From: Candidatus Latescibacterota bacterium
GTDB lineage: Bacteria > Latescibacterota > UBA2968 > UBA8231
Direction: 5' to 3'
DNA length: 64,000 nucleotides
Assembly (NCBI GenBank): GCA_965219385.1
Contig: CBDCNM010000002.1
Location: forward strand, 4,226,305 to 4,290,304
Positions 60,991 to 64,000 of the stretch are shown piece after piece (position 1 is the stretch's first letter; every line of letters starts with the position of its first letter). The notes below the pieces were generated by a model. It was not told the origin of the DNA. It searched no databases and was given only the letters and a program-made list of their open reading frames with translations. Position numbers and translations under genes: made by a program.

Positions 60991-63020
60991 CCGATCACCA
61001 ACGACGATGTGGAACGCATAGAAGTGGTCTTGGGGCCGGGGTCGGCCCTGTACGGGCCCAACAGCGCCGATGGAGTCATGCACATCATCACCCACTCCCC
61101 CTTTACCTCGCAGGGCGCGAAAGTGTACAGACTGGCAGTACAACTACGCCCAGTTGCGGCTGCTCTACCGCGACTGGTTCTTCCAGGCCTTCCGCAACTG
61201 GAACAATGCGGGCGACACTTATCTGCTGCGCACGGGCGCTCCCATCGTCGATACCTCCTCCTTGACCGTATTCCAGGCGCAGCATACGACCCGTCTGGGG
61301 CCGCGCAGCGCTTCACCTACGGCTTCGACGCCCTGTTGACGCCCCGGCCCTAATACCAGGCATCCCGATGAACCTCCTGGCTCCCCTGGTACCATCATGG
61401 GCAGGAACGAGGACGACGACGACCTGAACGAGTACGGCGGCTACGTGCAGAGCGAGACCGCCCTGAGCGCGCCGCTGGACCTGGTGTTGGCCCTGCGCTA
61501 CGACTACCACAGCCGCCTCGAGGATCCCGAACTGTCGCCCCGGGCCGCCCTGGTGTTCAAGCCGCGCGAGACCCAGACGTTGCGGTTGACCTACAACCGG
61601 GCTTTCAGCACACCCTCGACGAACAATCTCTACCTCGACCTGCAAACGGCCAGAGATCCCTTCGGGCTGAACCCGAATTTCTCACCCCTCTTTTCGGCGC
61701 TCGGCCTGGGAGAATTCAAGTCAATCGATATCTGGACCCAGGGGAACTACAGGAGCAACGGCTACGGCGTCACCTTCCGGCGGGATGAGGAGGGCCGGCC
61801 CCTGTTCCGCTCACCCTTCGCCCCAATGGCCGGTCTGCCGGCCGACCAGTACCTGCCTTTGGACGACCCGGTATTCACCAACGTGATGTGGGGGATCGGC
61901 CGGCCGGCGGTGCTGGCACAGCTTGGGCCCGCTTTCCAGGCGCTGGCGGCCGATCCCCTGATGGCCCAGGGCATCGGGGCCGCAGAGGCCCAAGCGGCAG
62001 CCGGCCAGTTGGCCGAGGCCCTGCCCGGCATCGTGCCCGAGCAATTGCCCGGCCTGCGCTAATGTCATGGGCAGATTGAACATCGAGACGGAGCCTCTCG
62101 GTGAAGAGCCCGACGAAAATCGACCGCCTTTCTTCTTTGTGGAGGCGGACGGTACCACCCCCATTACGGCCTATGACCTGCCGCGCATCGAGTCGGCCAT
62201 TACCCAGACCATCGAGCTGGGCTACAAGGTGGTGGTGGCTGCGGATCTGTACCAGTCCAGGATCGAGAATTTTGTCGGGGCGATTTCGGTGGAGACTCCC
62301 AATGTCTTCCTCGATCCGCAGAGTCTGGGCGCCGCCTTGGACGAGGGGATCGGCAAGGCCTTGTCCGATCCGGCCAACGCCGACCTGGCCGCGGCCCTGA
62401 CGGCGCTGGACGCGGCGCAGGTGCCGGGGGTGGTGCAAGGCAACAACAACGGCACGCCGGTGGACGAACTGGCCGGCATCCTCACTGCGGGGGCGGCGGC
62501 CATCCCCTACGGCACGGTCTCGCCTGAGCAGGCATCCGATCCCTACGCGATGATTATGAGCTACCGCAATTTTGAAGATGTGACCATCCGCGGGCTGGAT
62601 CTGAGCCTGGCCTACTACCCCGCCGCTCACTGGAAGCTCACGGGGAACTACTCCTTCGTGGACGACAACTTGTTCGAGAATCTGAAGTTCTCCAAGGCCG
62701 AGGGGGGCGCCGACATCGCCCTCAACGCGCCCCGGCACAAGGTCAAGCTGGGGATGGGCTACGACTTCGCCGAATGGGGGCTGGAGGTGGGTGGCCGGGT
62801 GCGCTACATCGATTCCTTCCCCATGGGCTCGGGGGTCTACGTGGGCGACGTGGATTCCTACACGGTGCTGGACCTGAACCTGACCTACCAGTTGCCCCTG
62901 GAGCAGGACCTGGTGCTGCGGGTCGATGCGAGCAACGTGCTGGACCAGGCCTATCGGTCGTTCGTCGGCGCTCCGGAGGTGGGCCGCCTCGTCTTCGGGC
63001 AGGTGGGGCTGGGCTTCTGA
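60991..63020 (+). pseudogene. Degenerate tandem paralogue of the upstream TonB receptor
   Basis: No signal/N-terminal domain; ~320-nt deletion at ~61115-61130; frameshifts at ~61305 and ~62060; insertion at ~61350-61390; 3' ~150 nt nearly identical to copy 1. Confidence 0.9.
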
Positions 63021-63038
63021 GGGCGCCGCAAAGTAGGC

Positions 63039-63073
63039 AAAACGGGGGGCGGCTTGGCGTTCCCCGTTTTTTG
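63039..63073 (+). terminator. Probable intrinsic terminator
   Basis: AAAACGGGG...CCCCGTTTTTT after the receptor paralogue. Confidence 0.7.
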
Positions 63074-63280
63074 TGCCCAGCCGGTGTTTGAGGGCGTTGA
63101 TCTCATCGACCAGAAGGAATCGATTCTCGCAATGCGGCCATCCCGTCCATGAGGCGAGCCCCAAATCTGAGCGGCTGGAGTTGGGGCTGGGTGCTCGCTA
63201 CGCCGATTCGGGACGTAGCTTGACAGTTGAGTTGACAGTCCGTAAGTTAATGAAGTGTAGGTGGTTAAGTGATGCTGGAA

Positions 63281-63336
63281 CGCGGGACCTCGGGCGCGGG
63301 ACCTCGGGCGCGGGACCTCGGGCGCGGGACCTCGGG
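63281..63336 (+). repeat. Tandem repeat, 4 x 14 bp CGCGGGACCTCGGG
   Basis: Four perfect adjacent copies, no spacers. Confidence 0.95.
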
Positions 63337-63405
63337 GCGTGGCTGTCGTTCGGATAATTCCCTTATTATCCATTGGCAATGGACTTCTCAAAGGTTGCCT
63401 GCAAT

Positions 63406-64000
63406 ATGAAAGCGCCACAACCACCTTCGGCATACACCGAAGGGTACGCGAAGGCCCGCCTCTACGACCAGGAAGCGGCCGACAACTATATCAGGCACAT
63501 CTCCATTGGCGACCCAGAACTGGATCCGGTGATAGAGGAACTCTCCTCGTTGCCGCCTGGTGACCTGCACCGCTTCATCGGGGCTGGCATTGAGCAGCAG
63601 AATGAGGTTCTGAGCCAGGCGCCGCAGGTTCTGCGCGATTTCTTCAAAAACCTTGAAGAGCCTCCCTGGCTCGACTACGAAGCCTTTCGTCCGGGGAGAC
63701 GCGCCTTTCACGCAAACGTAGACCTCATGCTCGTCGCATTCGTTACGGGGGTGTTGGTGGAAGGCTTTTCGACGCTTATCGCCAAGTCGTTCAATATTAC
63801 CGGGCGGGTAGCGTCAACCAAAAGGCGCCTCCAGCAGAATAACCGCCACATGATGGATATTTTTTACCCCGGCGGCTTGCGGAGAGATGGCGATGGATAC
63901 AGGCTATCCACGCGCATTCGCTTCGTTCACAGTCAAATAAGGACCCTGCTGGCGAAATCCGACGATTGGGATCACGATGCTTGGGGCACGCCGATAAGCT
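63406..64000 (+). CDS. MpaB/DUF2236 (rubber oxygenase-like) heme oxygenase family protein, runs off the window
   Basis: Own translation: GDPELD, PPWLD, RRLQQN, PGGL..DG, RIRFVHSQIR, WD..AWGTPIS; alternative in-frame ATG at 63379. Confidence 0.75.
   Translation, partial: MKAPQPPSAYTEGYAKARLYDQEAADNYIRHISIGDPELDPVIEELSSLPPGDLHRFIGAGIEQQNEVLSQAPQVLRDFFKNLEEPPWLDYEAFRPGRRAFHANVDLMLVAFVTGVLVEGFSTLIAKSFNITGRVASTKRRLQQNNRHMMDIFYPGGLRRDGDGYRLSTRIRFVHSQIRTLLAKSDDWDHDAWGTPIS

Noticed and set aside
57955..63020. Diversity-generating retroelement TR/VR pair
   Set aside because: No reverse transcriptase in the window; differences are not adenine-restricted and include large indels
63281..63336. Possible CRISPR array
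   Set aside because: 14-bp units are directly adjacent with no spacers, and no cas genes are present

Overview
GC-rich bacterial window, FCB-superphylum-like (a YPNPFN C-terminal sorting tail, CarboxypepD-type TonB receptors, and several BNR, enolase-family and PhyH enzymes suggest a Latescibacterota/Gemmatimonadota-like host; inference only). 1-9 kb is a mosaic of defence and mobile debris: a DmpA peptidase, a C-protein/REase/Dam-type MTase locus (MTase frameshifted, REase 3' end apparently lost), an IS5/IS903-like remnant, gene fragments, a TonB receptor and an AAA/DUF4143 ATPase. 9-23 kb and 49-57 kb are catabolic genes. 23.4-29.6 kb holds a STAS-like/HATPase kinase, an unannotated small membrane ORF and a STAS-wHTH regulator with a 9-bp-arm palindrome, heading an SH3-nurA-HAS-herA operon. 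30.5-35.2 kb is a MacAB-type exporter with two adaptors. 39-47.6 kb is a sigma54-promoter-led VWA/VIT-VWA cluster with its own NtrC-type two-component system and three TCA-N6-TGA motifs. 57.6-63 kb has a strong promoter, a ~250-300 nt structured leader, an intact TonB receptor and a degenerate tandem copy. No tRNA, rRNA or CRISPR array was seen. All family calls come from motif recognition by eye, not database searches.
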